Shown here: piece by piece, positions 47,793 through 56,453 of the stretch
How positions within the stretch are numbered: position 1 is the stretch's first letter
How the letters are laid out: each line of letters begins with the position of its first letter
Assembly (NCBI GenBank): GCA_023485685.1
Contig: JAMCZK010000054.1
Coordinates: 2,440 to 66,439, forward strand
Direction of reading: 5' to 3'
Length of the DNA stretch: 64,000 bases
Source: Chloroflexota bacterium
GTDB lineage: Bacteria; Chloroflexota; Anaerolineae; Anaerolineales; UBA11579
The notes under the pieces: generated by a model
Told to the model about the DNA's origin: nothing
The model's database searches: none
Seen by the model: only the letters and a program-made list of their open reading frames with translations
Program-made: the position numbers and the translations under genes

Positions 47793-48113
47793 ATGCAGGC
47801 CTTCCAATTACATGAGCTAGAAAACCTGGCCACCGAGCAGCGCAGCCGGTACCTCGAATTCCTGCGCGTCCCAGCGATGAGTATGGGCCTCTATCGCTTA
47901 TCCGCCGGGTCCCAGGATACTCAGGCTCCCCATAAGCAGGACGAGGTTTATTATGTTCTCGCCGGGAAGGCCAAGCTCAAGGTAAATGGCAATCTGGAAT
48001 TGGCTACCCCGGGTTCCCTCTTATACGTCGAAGCAAATCTCCCACATCAGTTTGTCGACATCGAAGAAGATCTGGAAGCCCTGGTCTTTTTTGCCCCCGC
48101 GGAAGAAAGCTAA
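47793..48113 (+). CDS. Cupin-domain protein
   Basis: AAGGAG RBS before the ATG at 47793. 106 aa. HKQDEVYYVLAGKAKLKVNG...GSLLYVEANLPHQF matches the two cupin motifs. Confidence 0.75.
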   Translation: MQAFQLHELENLATEQRSRYLEFLRVPAMSMGLYRLSAGSQDTQAPHKQDEVYYVLAGKAKLKVNGNLELATPGSLLYVEANLPHQFVDIEEDLEALVFFAPAEES

Positions 48114-48160
48114 TTCTCAAATCCTCCTCATTCAACTAATCTCTTCCTCTCGTCTTTGCG

Positions 48161-48274
48161 AGAGCCTGTCCCGAGCGAGCCTGTTGTTTTACAGGCGACG
48201 AGGGAAGCACGCTCATGCGAAGCAATGAGCAGCGGACGAAGCAATCTCGAATGATGATCCTGTCTTGCAAGATA
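48161..48274. repeat. MITE-like palindromic element (same family); boundaries approximate
   Basis: GTCTTTGCGAG at the left. Internal AGAGCCTGTCCCGAGCGAGCC and GGACGAAGCAATCTCGAATG are shared with other copies. Confidence 0.55.
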
Positions 48275-48336
48275 GGCTTGGCGTAATGAACCGTTGACTT
48301 GTTGATAGACGGCGGATTAGATTCACGATCAAGCCT

Positions 48337-48463
48337 ATTGATTCGAGATTGCCATCCCTCCCATTCGCTCCGCTCAGGGCAGGCTCTGCCGTAGAGCGGC
48401 TCGCTCGGGACAGGCTCTGGCTTTCGCCGCTGTAGCGGCTCAAAAACGCCTCCTCGCAATGAC
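48337..48463. repeat. MITE-like palindromic element (same family)
   Basis: Right end CGCCTCCTCGCAATGAC is identical to the end at 59607-59623. The internal GCTCGCTCGGGACAGGCTCTGG is also present at 7385-7406. Confidence 0.7.
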
Positions 48464-48540
48464 GAAAACATAGAAAAACAAAAGCGCAAAAGAAGCGCTT
48501 TTGTTTTTCGCATTGTCGCCATCTCCCCCCTCACTCTTCC

Positions 48541-49791
48541 TTAGTCTCTGCAGTTCGCTAACTTGCGTTCCAAGCGCGCCAGGCGATGCTCCAATAGCGG
48601 CTGCCAATAGGCGCGTTCATAACCGGGTGTCCTGGCGGCCTCAATTACCTCAATAGCATTGTGTGTGTATCGCAAAGCTGCCGTGTAATCTCGCGCCCGA
48701 TGCTCGTAGTATTTGGCAATTTCCACGTGGGCATAAACCTGGCCCTCGGCTGCCGCCTGTTCCCACAGCTGCAATGCGGCTTCGTAATCACCCCGCCGCC
48801 GAAATAAATAGCCCAGGCTTTCGACCAGCCTGTAATGCACATCTTTGGGGAGATCCATCGACAGGGTGCTCCGAAAGATTTGAATGGCATCTTCGGCAAA
48901 ACCCAGATCGACGTAGAGCCGGCCAATCGCGTAAAGTTCGCTGTGGTGAGCGGCCTCATCCAAGGGTGCCGCAAGCTTGGAGGCAAGGTAATTCAGCAGA
49001 GAGGCCATGCTGAGCACATCCATGCTGTTGTGATAGAAGACGCCGGCCAGCGGGCGGGCGTCCCCCGTGTGCAGGTAATCGATATAGATCTGGGGGATCA
49101 TCCAGCCGGGGATGTCTTCCTGGCTGCGGCGTATGCCCAGGAGTTGGACCTCAAGATCACCCAGCGCCCTGCTCGGCAGAAAGTCTTTCCAAAGGCGGCG
49201 GGCGAGGTGGAGTAAATCGAGGTGCGGCAAGCCACGAAAGGGCTGTTGGGCTCCGTTGGTCAGGTAACGGCTGTGTAAGAGCGGCAGATCGAAGCTTTTC
49301 CCGTTGAAAGTGACCAGCGCGTCCTCAGGTGAAACCAAACGGTTCAGCGCCTCCAGCATGGCGCGTTCCTCGATAGGCTCGCGCAGGAAATATTGCTTCT
49401 GGCGGAAACCCCCGCCTTCGAAGCGGCCCAAGCCGACCAGGAATGCCAGGGTTCCACTGCCCCAAAGACCCGTACTTTCGGTATCCAGGAAGAGAAAACG
49501 CTCGGGAGGGAACAGGGCGACACGGTTGTCGGCGGCCCATATGGCTAATTTGTCTATGGCGGCCGGGAAGCGCAGCGTCTTGGCGCCATGCAACTCGTCG
49601 GCAGGAATAAAGCGCTCGACTAAAAAGGCTTCGCCAAATTCGGTTTGCTGGGCCTCGCCCCCGACCACCGACTCAATGGGAAATTCAACGCGCCGCGGCG
49701 CGGGCTGCAGATTCTTTGCGCCCAACTGCACACCCAGAGCCTTCAATCGATCCGACAAGCTGGTCATAGCGGCATTATATGAAAAATCCAC
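48541..49791 (-). CDS. RNase H-like (YprB/MrfB-type) exonuclease with C-terminal TPR repeats
   Basis: 416 aa. Exonuclease motifs FLFLDTESTGL, LVTFNGKSFDLPLL and YHNSMDVLS, then TPR-like repeats. Lies downstream of a YprA/MrfA-like helicase, as in the Bacillus yprA-yprB (mrfAB) pair. Confidence 0.75.
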   Translation of the reverse strand: MDFSYNAAMTSLSDRLKALGVQLGAKNLQPAPRRVEFPIESVVGGEAQQTEFGEAFLVERFIPADELHGAKTLRFPAAIDKLAIWAADNRVALFPPERFLFLDTESTGLWGSGTLAFLVGLGRFEGGGFRQKQYFLREPIEERAMLEALNRLVSPEDALVTFNGKSFDLPLLHSRYLTNGAQQPFRGLPHLDLLHLARRLWKDFLPSRALGDLEVQLLGIRRSQEDIPGWMIPQIYIDYLHTGDARPLAGVFYHNSMDVLSMASLLNYLASKLAAPLDEAAHHSELYAIGRLYVDLGFAEDAIQIFRSTLSMDLPKDVHYRLVESLGYLFRRRGDYEAALQLWEQAAAEGQVYAHVEIAKYYEHRARDYTAALRYTHNAIEVIEAARTPGYERAYWQPLLEHRLARLERKLANCRD

Positions 49792-49825
49792 TGGTCGAAC
49801 ATGGAAGCATCGCCATCAGCCCACC

Positions 49826-50030
49826 CGTCATTGCGAGGAGCATTGCGACGCGTTGCGGCGCAAGCGGACGAAGCAAACTCGAATCCAAAAGACTGAGTGG
49901 CAGGGCTGGTTGGCGTAAATCCACATAGCGATCACGAATTACGACAATCCTAACTGGCTAAACTTGAGCGTCCTTTGAGATTGCTTCGTCCGCTGCCATG
50001 GCTTAGCCATGGCGTGCTCCTCGCAAGGAC
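49826..50030. repeat. Composite MITE-like repeat filling the helicase/exonuclease spacer
   Basis: Left end GTCATTGCGAGGAG (49826-), right end CTCGCAAGGAC (50020-50030). Internal GGACGAAGCAAACTCGAATC and its inverted partner GAGATTGCTTCGTCCGC. Confidence 0.65.
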
Positions 50031-50046
50031 GAGTGTGTGCGTACTA

Positions 50047-52848
50047 TTAACGCGTTCCAATCAACGCCTCCAACAGAGCCAGTGTTTCGCGTTTGCTACC
50101 TTGCCCCTGCTCCCCACCCGGCCCTACGCAGGAAGGGCAGCCATCCTGGCAGCCGCATTCGTGGACGAGCTCATACGCTGCGCGTATGAGCTCGTCATGG
50201 ATCTCAAAAAGGCGCTGGCTGAAGCCCATGGCATCACCCATCTGGTCGAAGACCAGCACGACAGGCGCCCCCTCTGCCAAATCTGACTTGGGATCAGAAA
50301 AAACGCCCAGATCGCGCGGGTCGCACATCAGATACAGGGGCGCCAGATGCTGCAGCACAAAGGACAATCCCGCCAGCCCGCTGCGAATGCGCACAATGGT
50401 TTCGGCGCGGCGATGGCAATTGCGGCAAAGGGTTACCAGGTTTTCCAGACGATTAGCTTCCTTCGGCGATGCAAATGTGCGGAATGGAATTTTGTGATGC
50501 ACATCGTGCGGTCGAAAAGAGGCATTTTCGTGGCCGTTTTCGGGCAGACCGCAAACCTGGCAGGTGTATTGATCGCGGGCGCGCACCACCTCGCGGATCG
50601 CGTTCCAGTTAGGGCCATATTCATTGGGGTCATTGGTCCACAAGCCGCGCTCGCGCAGGTCGTCCACAGTGGCTTCACTGAGCGATAGCCAATAGCCGAA
50701 GGTGTTAAGTTCCATGGGCGGCAGATCCAGTTCCCCTCCGCCCGGCTTTTCCATTCCGGACCACTGGATCTTTTCGTAACCAATAATTTCCTGAGTGATA
50801 TTCAATTCGCCAAAGTGTTTAGTTCCCCCGCGCACCGGCGCGCTGTTTTTTTCTTCGACCAGCGAAACGGTGCTGCGACTCTTGGGCACCGTGTAGTAAT
50901 CCGCTTCGATAGGTCGCAGGTAAGCGACATGTTCGTCGAGATCCAGCTTGTCGACGAAATAGGTGGCGCCATCGTGAATATAGATGGCATCGGGATGCAC
51001 CAGCCACATGGCGCCGAATGGATCCACCTCACCCACCAGCCGCCAGCCCTCTTCGGTCTGCGCCTGAATCACCACCGAATCAGAACCCACACCGCGCAGA
51101 CTCACCCCGCGGCTGGGTTGCCCCTCCGCCATCCAAAAATATTTATCGCCCGACACGTGCAGTTCATTACTTTCGGCCAAGACATTCAGAAATTCTTCGA
51201 CTCGTTCACCCGGGATAGAGCCGAAATTTTCACCTTTAGTGAATGGTAATTCGAAAGCTGCGCAGCGCAGATGAGACAGCAGGATCAACACATTGTCCGG
51301 GTTGATCAGCGCATGTTCCGGCGTGCGGCCCATCAGATAATCGGGATGGCGCGCCAGGAATTGATCCAGGGGATTCGAAGAAGCGACCAGCAGCGCCACC
51401 GAGGCATCCGCCCCGCGGCCGGAGCGGCCGGCTTGCTGCCAGGTCGCGGCGATCGAGCCGGGATACCCCGCAAGCACGGCGGCGCCCATGCCGCCGATAT
51501 CCACGCCGAGTTCCAGGGCGTTGGTTGCCACCACGGCGCGCAGTTCCCCGGAGCGCAGGCCGGCTTCGATGGCGCGGCGCTCGTTGGTGAGATAGCCGCC
51601 GCGGTAACCGCGGATGGCTGAAGTCCTCACCCCCGGCCCCTCTCCATCTTCAATGGAGAGGGGTGCCTTGACATTAGGTTGGGAATCGCGTGTGTTCGCA
51701 TCCGTAGGAGCGGGTCTTAGACCCGCCCTCGCCGCCGTTTGCGGCGGCGAAAAAGAATTTACGTTTGGTGCCGCCTCGCGCAAAGACTTCAGCATCACCT
51801 CCACCATGCGGCGAGTCCGGCCAAATAAGATAGTCTGCACGTCGTAAGCCAACAGGTCCGAAACCAGCCTCACGGATTCCTGCGCCAGGCTGGCGCGCAG
51901 GCCGAGTTCGGGGTCGACGATGGGCGGGTTGTAGATGACGAAATTGCGCGGGCCGCGCGGCGCGCCGTCGCGGTCGATCACCATCACCGGCTGCTCGACC
52001 AATTTCTCAGCCAACTCCTGCGGGTTGGCAATAGTGGCCGAGGCCATCACGAATTGAGGCCTGGCTCCATAGAATTTCAACAATCGCGAAAGACGCCGCA
52101 GGACATTGGCGACATGCGAGCCGAATACGCCGCGGTAACTGTGCATTTCGTCGATGACCACGTAGCGCAAGTTGCCAAAGAACTCCGCCCACTGGGTGTG
52201 CATGGGCAGGATGCCGTAATGCAGCATATCGGGGTTGGTGATCAGCAACCGAACCCGTTTACGGATGCTGCTGCGGTGAGAGGAGGGCGTGTCGCCGTCG
52301 TAGGTGGCTACAGAGATGGGCCTCACCCCCGGCCCCTCTCCATCTTCTATAGAGAGGGGTGCCTTGACATTAGGTTGGGAACCGCGCGTATCCGCATCCG
52401 TAGGGGCGGGTCTTAGACCCGCCCGCTTCGCCGCAAGCGGCGAAGCATCCGATTCCTTTAAGGCCACGGCTTCAAGCCATGTTTCCAATTCATTCTTTTG
52501 GTCATACGCTAGCGCCTTCGTGGGAAACAGATACAACGCTCGCGCCTGCGGGTCGCACAGCAGCGCATCCAGCACCGGCAGGTTGTAGCACAGGGTCTTG
52601 CCGCTGGCTGTGCCGGTAACCACCGCCACATTCTGCCCCGCCTGCAGCAGGTCCCAGGCTTGCGCCTGGTGGCTGTACAGCTGGCTGTAGCCAAGTTTGG
52701 CGAAGGCGGCGGCAATGGCGGGATGGATATTCGGCGGCAGTGGCCGGAAGGCAGCCGGGCGGGCAGCCTCCTGGTGCCAGTGGGCGATATTGCCGCCTAC
52801 GGTGGGTTCAGCCTTCCAGTGAGCGAGGAGCTTGTTTAGGTTGTCCAA
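50047..52848 (-). CDS. YprA/MrfA-like DEAD/DEAH helicase with a C-terminal DUF1998 zinc domain, an embedded HNH motif and two repeat-derived in-frame insertions
   Basis: 933 aa. Helicase motifs VTGTASGKT, VVIDEMHSYRG, ASATIANP, VATNALELGVDIG, QQAGRSGRG. C-terminal CGCQDGCPSC cluster. HNH-like CQVCG...HHKIP...N...LCRNCHRRAE. Duplicated 42-aa segments. Confidence 0.85.
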   Translation of the reverse strand: MDNLNKLLAHWKAEPTVGGNIAHWHQEAARPAAFRPLPPNIHPAIAAAFAKLGYSQLYSHQAQAWDLLQAGQNVAVVTGTASGKTLCYNLPVLDALLCDPQARALYLFPTKALAYDQKNELETWLEAVALKESDASPLAAKRAGLRPAPTDADTRGSQPNVKAPLSIEDGEGPGVRPISVATYDGDTPSSHRSSIRKRVRLLITNPDMLHYGILPMHTQWAEFFGNLRYVVIDEMHSYRGVFGSHVANVLRRLSRLLKFYGARPQFVMASATIANPQELAEKLVEQPVMVIDRDGAPRGPRNFVIYNPPIVDPELGLRASLAQESVRLVSDLLAYDVQTILFGRTRRMVEVMLKSLREAAPNVNSFSPPQTAARAGLRPAPTDANTRDSQPNVKAPLSIEDGEGPGVRTSAIRGYRGGYLTNERRAIEAGLRSGELRAVVATNALELGVDIGGMGAAVLAGYPGSIAATWQQAGRSGRGADASVALLVASSNPLDQFLARHPDYLMGRTPEHALINPDNVLILLSHLRCAAFELPFTKGENFGSIPGERVEEFLNVLAESNELHVSGDKYFWMAEGQPSRGVSLRGVGSDSVVIQAQTEEGWRLVGEVDPFGAMWLVHPDAIYIHDGATYFVDKLDLDEHVAYLRPIEADYYTVPKSRSTVSLVEEKNSAPVRGGTKHFGELNITQEIIGYEKIQWSGMEKPGGGELDLPPMELNTFGYWLSLSEATVDDLRERGLWTNDPNEYGPNWNAIREVVRARDQYTCQVCGLPENGHENASFRPHDVHHKIPFRTFASPKEANRLENLVTLCRNCHRRAETIVRIRSGLAGLSFVLQHLAPLYLMCDPRDLGVFSDPKSDLAEGAPVVLVFDQMGDAMGFSQRLFEIHDELIRAAYELVHECGCQDGCPSCVGPGGEQGQGSKRETLALLEALIGTR
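51625..51750. repeat. Multi-hairpin repeat of about 126 bp inserted in frame in the helicase gene (copy B)
   Basis: CCTCACCCCCGGCCCCTCTCCATCTTCAATGGAGAGGGGTGCCTTGACATTAGGTTGGGA...CCGTAGGAGCGGGTCTTAGACCCGCCC plus a terminal hairpin. Near-identical to 52321-52446. Encodes ...AGLRPAPTDANTRDSQPNVKAPLSIEDGEGPGVR. Confidence 0.85.
52321..52446. repeat. Multi-hairpin repeat of about 126 bp inserted in frame in the helicase gene (copy A)
   Basis: Same element as 51625-51750, in the same orientation and reading frame. Encodes ...AGLRPAPTDADTRGSQPNVKAPLSIEDGEGPGVR. Confidence 0.85.
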
Positions 52849-52943
52849 GGTGGTGGAATGGCATTATACACAAGCTAGAACTAATTTTCTAACAAGATTC
52901 TGTTGGTTCCGGTGTCATCATCACATGGGGGTACAGAGGGTTT

Positions 52944-53185
52944 ATTACACCGGTGCTTGACAGGTTACGGGAAAGTAGAGCCTGTTTCGCGCTTAAACTG
53001 TGCCAAGGAGCGAGAGAGAGGTTACACCGATCCTTGACAAGTTCGAGCTTCCTGTCAAGTTGTTGTGGTTTTTGTGGGTGGGGGTGTACCAAACAGCTTG
53101 ACAAGCTTCCCCTAAGTGCAACGACCTGTTATGTGTAATGTGCAATTTCAGGGGAGACCACGATTACACGTTGACAAGTTACACA
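52944..53185 (+). repeat. Four iteron-like direct repeats, consensus (G/A)TTACAC-N(0-6)-CTTGACAAGTT
   Basis: TTGACA at 52957, 53034, 53098 and 53171 (spacing 77/64/73 bp). Three are preceded by TTACAC(C); the copy at 53098 has GTGTACC instead. An inverted partial copy CCTGTCAAGTT lies at 53051-53061. Confidence 0.7.
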
Positions 53186-53283
53186 TTGGATATTTAGGCA
53201 GCATGTTAAAGTTCAACCTTTGGGCACCTGCAGAATGCGGGCAACGGAACCCAAAGGATTCAGGAAGCTGATTACCGATTGCG

Positions 53284-53303
53284 ATTAACGCACAGATTTA
53301 AGG
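53284..53303 (+). repeat. Left copy of the direct repeat bracketing the MTase-ATPase-nuclease operon
   Basis: ATTAACGCACAGATTTAAGG. The 12-mer CACAGATTTAAG (53291-53302) recurs exactly at 57824-57835, and the ATTAA prefix is shared with a 2-nt indel. Confidence 0.65.
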
Positions 53304-53439
53304 AAACGGGAAGGGGATGTCAAGGGGTTGGTATGAGCGCTAAAAATATCAAGCTATTCACAATTTTCGACACATCCTATCAGGAACGTGAACTCAGGGC
53401 ATTATAATTAGATAGCAGGAGGGCATATCTCTCTAGCCA

Positions 53440-54411
53440 ATGCGAATTCCCAAATCGGATCACAAGACCCAATTAGGCAAGTTTTTCCAAGGGGATTCAG
53501 TTGAGTTGCTGAACGCTGCCTTGGGCCAGAGTTTAAAAGGCAAGGTTCAGTTGATTCTAACGTCACCTCCTTTCCCATTAAATAATAAAAAAAGCTACGG
53601 CAACTTAAATGGGAACGAATATAAAAAGTGGTTTATTGATTTAGCACCCTTATTTGCCAACCTGTTGACCGAAAATGGGTCGATAGTAATAGAGATGGGC
53701 AATGCTTGGGAGCACCGAAGACCAATTCAGTCGATGTTGCACCTCGAATCGCTCATGGGATTCGTTAAAAAGAAAAAAACGGGGCTTCGATTGATTCAAC
53801 AATTCATTTGCTATAACCCATCGAGGCTTCCTTCTCCCGCTGAGTGGGTAACTATACGCCGAATCCGTCTAACAGATAGCTTTACACATGTCTGGTGGAT
53901 AGCAAAAACCGATTATCCAAAGGCTGACAATAAAAAGGTTACCCGCCCTTATAGCAAAAGCATGAAAAAACTTATCGAAAGAAATAGTTTCAACCATGGT
54001 GAAAGACCATCAGAGCATGTTATTAGCGAAAAGGGGTTTTTATATAGACACAAAGGAAGTATTGCACATAACGTCTTCGAGCTTGAACAGATGGACACGA
54101 CGCGTGAGGTCCGTCTGCCTAACGCTTTCAGCCTTTCGAATACATCATCTAATGATTTCTTCTCAAGAAAATGTAGAGATCGCGGAATCACTCCTCACCC
54201 CGCTCGAATGCCTTCGGGGTTAGTTGCATTTTTTGTCAAATTACTAACCGATCCAAAAGATTATGTGCTTGATCCATTCGCAGGCAGCAATACAACCGGC
54301 TATGTGGCCGAAAATCTAGGTAGACGTTGGCTTTCCATTGAAACCAACCCTGAATATGCAAAACAATCTAGAATTCGACTCTCAGATCCAATATTGAAGA
54401 AAAGGGAATAA
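53440..54411 (+). CDS. Beta-class N4/N6 DNA methyltransferase (SPPF motif IV, suggesting N4-cytosine)
   Basis: 323 aa. Motif IV LILTSPPFPL near the N-terminus, motif I VLDPFAGSNTTGYVAE near the C-terminus (order IV...I indicates beta class, N6_N4_Mtase family). AT-rich codon usage. Confidence 0.9.
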   Translation: MRIPKSDHKTQLGKFFQGDSVELLNAALGQSLKGKVQLILTSPPFPLNNKKSYGNLNGNEYKKWFIDLAPLFANLLTENGSIVIEMGNAWEHRRPIQSMLHLESLMGFVKKKKTGLRLIQQFICYNPSRLPSPAEWVTIRRIRLTDSFTHVWWIAKTDYPKADNKKVTRPYSKSMKKLIERNSFNHGERPSEHVISEKGFLYRHKGSIAHNVFELEQMDTTREVRLPNAFSLSNTSSNDFFSRKCRDRGITPHPARMPSGLVAFFVKLLTDPKDYVLDPFAGSNTTGYVAENLGRRWLSIETNPEYAKQSRIRLSDPILKKRE

Positions 54412-54420
54412 GAAAAAGTT

Positions 54421-56451
54421 ATGACTGACGCCACATTGAGTTTTACTGACGAATTAGCAAAGATTTCCAAGATTGACCTCTTCAAGAGAGGTAAAGATGG
54501 GGCCTTAGCCACTGGAACCTATGTAGGGAGACCTTTCCAATTGGATTACAGTTTAGCCCTGTTATTAGTTGCTGATGCCTGGAAGCAAAAAGTTAAAGGT
54601 ATTCCTCAAGGGTCATTTTTGCTTGCATATTACGAGAATGAACAAAACATCGAAGAAACACTATTGCTAAGAGTTCTTGGACCATGCCCGCTTCCAACCG
54701 ATAAGGATGTTATTAGCTCAATGATCGAATATTACAAAGATAATTTAAAAACAAGTGGGACTGGGAGCCAACTGGACACGTTTACCAGGTACGAGTTTAG
54801 CTTTTCGGGTTTAGAAACCCGCATCCTTGGAACTTTCTACAAAGATGAAAATGGGAAGGTTAACTTCGGTGCAGATGTTGAAAATTTCTATAGTGCACAT
54901 AATTATCAAGTTGTTAAACCCAGCGAGATGGTGCTTGAGTATATAGTTAATTTTAGAGAAGGCGAAGTTACAAGCAAGGTTACCGATATAGAAATAGGAC
55001 GCGTTCGATATAGTTCTTCACGCCGTTTTCAAGCCCAAGAAGAACATGTTCCAGTTTTTGTAAGCCCAAACGATTTTTTGGGCAAAAGAACAGCACTTTT
55101 TGGGATGACTAGAACCGGAAAATCCAATACTGTAAAAAAAATCATCCAGGCTACTGTTGCAATGGGCAAAAAGGCCCCTGGCGACTTAAATGAAAATGTT
55201 GGAAAAGTTGAAGAAAACCTGAACCACTTTACGAAGGATGGTTTTCCAAAATACCCGTCTGGACAAATTGTTTTTGATATCAACGGTGAATACGCAAATG
55301 CAAATTTGCAGGATGAAGGAACAGCAATTTTCGAAATGTTCAAAGACCAGGTTACTAGATACAGCGTAATACAAAAGCCAGGTTTTAAGGTAATGAAGGT
55401 CAATTTTTATAGAGGCATCCTGTCCGGCTTTGAATTAGTCAAGTCTCACCTAATGCAAAGTGGCGGTAACTATATTGAAAGCTTCAGAGCGGTTGATCTA
55501 ACAAGACCAATTGACTTCGATACCAACAAATCGGCCAAAGTACGCTACGAGAGGACGATCGCAGCATATCTTTGCTGTTTGTTCCGTGCAGGATTCAAAG
55601 CGCCGAATGGATACAAAATCAAATTTGAAGGGAACAAGGATCTAAATCAACTAGTAAGGGGTGGAGATGTTGACCCCAGCGAGGGAATTACCTTAGAAGA
55701 CGCAGTAAGTTGGTTTACGACCATTTGGGATAATTACGAGGTTGACGAATACTTTGCGGACTATAAGCGAAAGAAAGGACATGAATGGGCGGATGAAAAT
55801 CTGAAGGCAATCCTGGTATTTCTTACACGCAAACGCCAACCAGGTGGCAACGTAAATGTGGACGGTTATATTAAATTACGGGGCATAATGAATTTGCACA
55901 CAGAAACAGTTGACAAACCTTTTGAGCAAGAAATCATTGATGAATTACGCTTAGGAAAAATTGTAATAGTGGATTTGTCTCAAGGTGATCCAAACATTCA
56001 ATCTTTGTATTCAGAAAGGATTTGTAGACATGTCTTCGCAGATTGCATGGATCGCTTCATCAACACAAAGCCTAACAACTTCTTGCAATTCTATTTTGAA
56101 GAAGCCCACAATCTTTTCCCCAAAAAAGAAGAGAAGGATCTAAGTCAGATTTATAACCGTCTTGCAAAAGAAGGTGCAAAACTAAATATCGGATTAATTT
56201 ACGCGACTCAAGAGGTGAGTTCTATAAGTGCAAATATTTTAAAGAACACACAAAATTGGTTTATAGCACACCTAAATAATGAAGACGAAACACGCGAGAT
56301 AAAGAAATACTGTGACTTTGGTGATTTTACGAGCGCCTTGATAAAGTTTAGCGCAAACAGCGACAAGGGTTTCGTTCGAATGAAAACCTATTCAAACCCT
56401 TTTGTAGTCCCAGTCCAAATTGACCGTTTTCCCAAGAACATTGGTGATTAA
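54421..56451 (+). CDS. HerA/FtsK-superfamily (DUF87-like) ATPase
   Basis: 676 aa. Walker A LFGMTRTGKSNTVKKII, VFDINGEYAN (HerA-type D-x-x-GEY), Walker B region FLQFYFEEAHNLFP, LIYATQEVSSISANILKNTQNWFIAHLNNEDE. N-terminal barrel-like region. Starts 9 nt after the MTase stop. Confidence 0.8.
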   Translation: MTDATLSFTDELAKISKIDLFKRGKDGALATGTYVGRPFQLDYSLALLLVADAWKQKVKGIPQGSFLLAYYENEQNIEETLLLRVLGPCPLPTDKDVISSMIEYYKDNLKTSGTGSQLDTFTRYEFSFSGLETRILGTFYKDENGKVNFGADVENFYSAHNYQVVKPSEMVLEYIVNFREGEVTSKVTDIEIGRVRYSSSRRFQAQEEHVPVFVSPNDFLGKRTALFGMTRTGKSNTVKKIIQATVAMGKKAPGDLNENVGKVEENLNHFTKDGFPKYPSGQIVFDINGEYANANLQDEGTAIFEMFKDQVTRYSVIQKPGFKVMKVNFYRGILSGFELVKSHLMQSGGNYIESFRAVDLTRPIDFDTNKSAKVRYERTIAAYLCCLFRAGFKAPNGYKIKFEGNKDLNQLVRGGDVDPSEGITLEDAVSWFTTIWDNYEVDEYFADYKRKKGHEWADENLKAILVFLTRKRQPGGNVNVDGYIKLRGIMNLHTETVDKPFEQEIIDELRLGKIVIVDLSQGDPNIQSLYSERICRHVFADCMDRFINTKPNNFLQFYFEEAHNLFPKKEEKDLSQIYNRLAKEGAKLNIGLIYATQEVSSISANILKNTQNWFIAHLNNEDETREIKKYCDFGDFTSALIKFSANSDKGFVRMKTYSNPFVVPVQIDRFPKNIGD

Positions 56452-56453
56452 AA

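Noticed and set aside
48136-48534. ORFs of 132 aa and 76 aa (minus strand) and 80 aa (plus strand) in the cupin/exonuclease spacer, and similarly ORF 49..297.
   Set aside because: They are encoded entirely by the palindromic repeat family, with pseudo-peptides recurring wherever the repeat occurs. No RBS or start context is present.
52957-53176. The four TTGACA boxes as four stacked sigma-70 promoters.
   Set aside because: None has a TATAAT-like -10 element at 16-18-nt spacing. The conserved unit extends beyond the hexamer (TTACAC…CTTGACAAGTT), which suits a protein-binding repeat better.
50047-54411. A DISARM-like system (DUF1998 helicase next to a DNA methyltransferase).
   Set aside because: The helicase is the fused YprA/MrfA type and is paired with a YprB/MrfB-like exonuclease. 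It has host-like high GC and is transcribed divergently from the MTase across a ~590-bp spacer and a compositional boundary. No DrmC/PLD or SNF2 partner is present.
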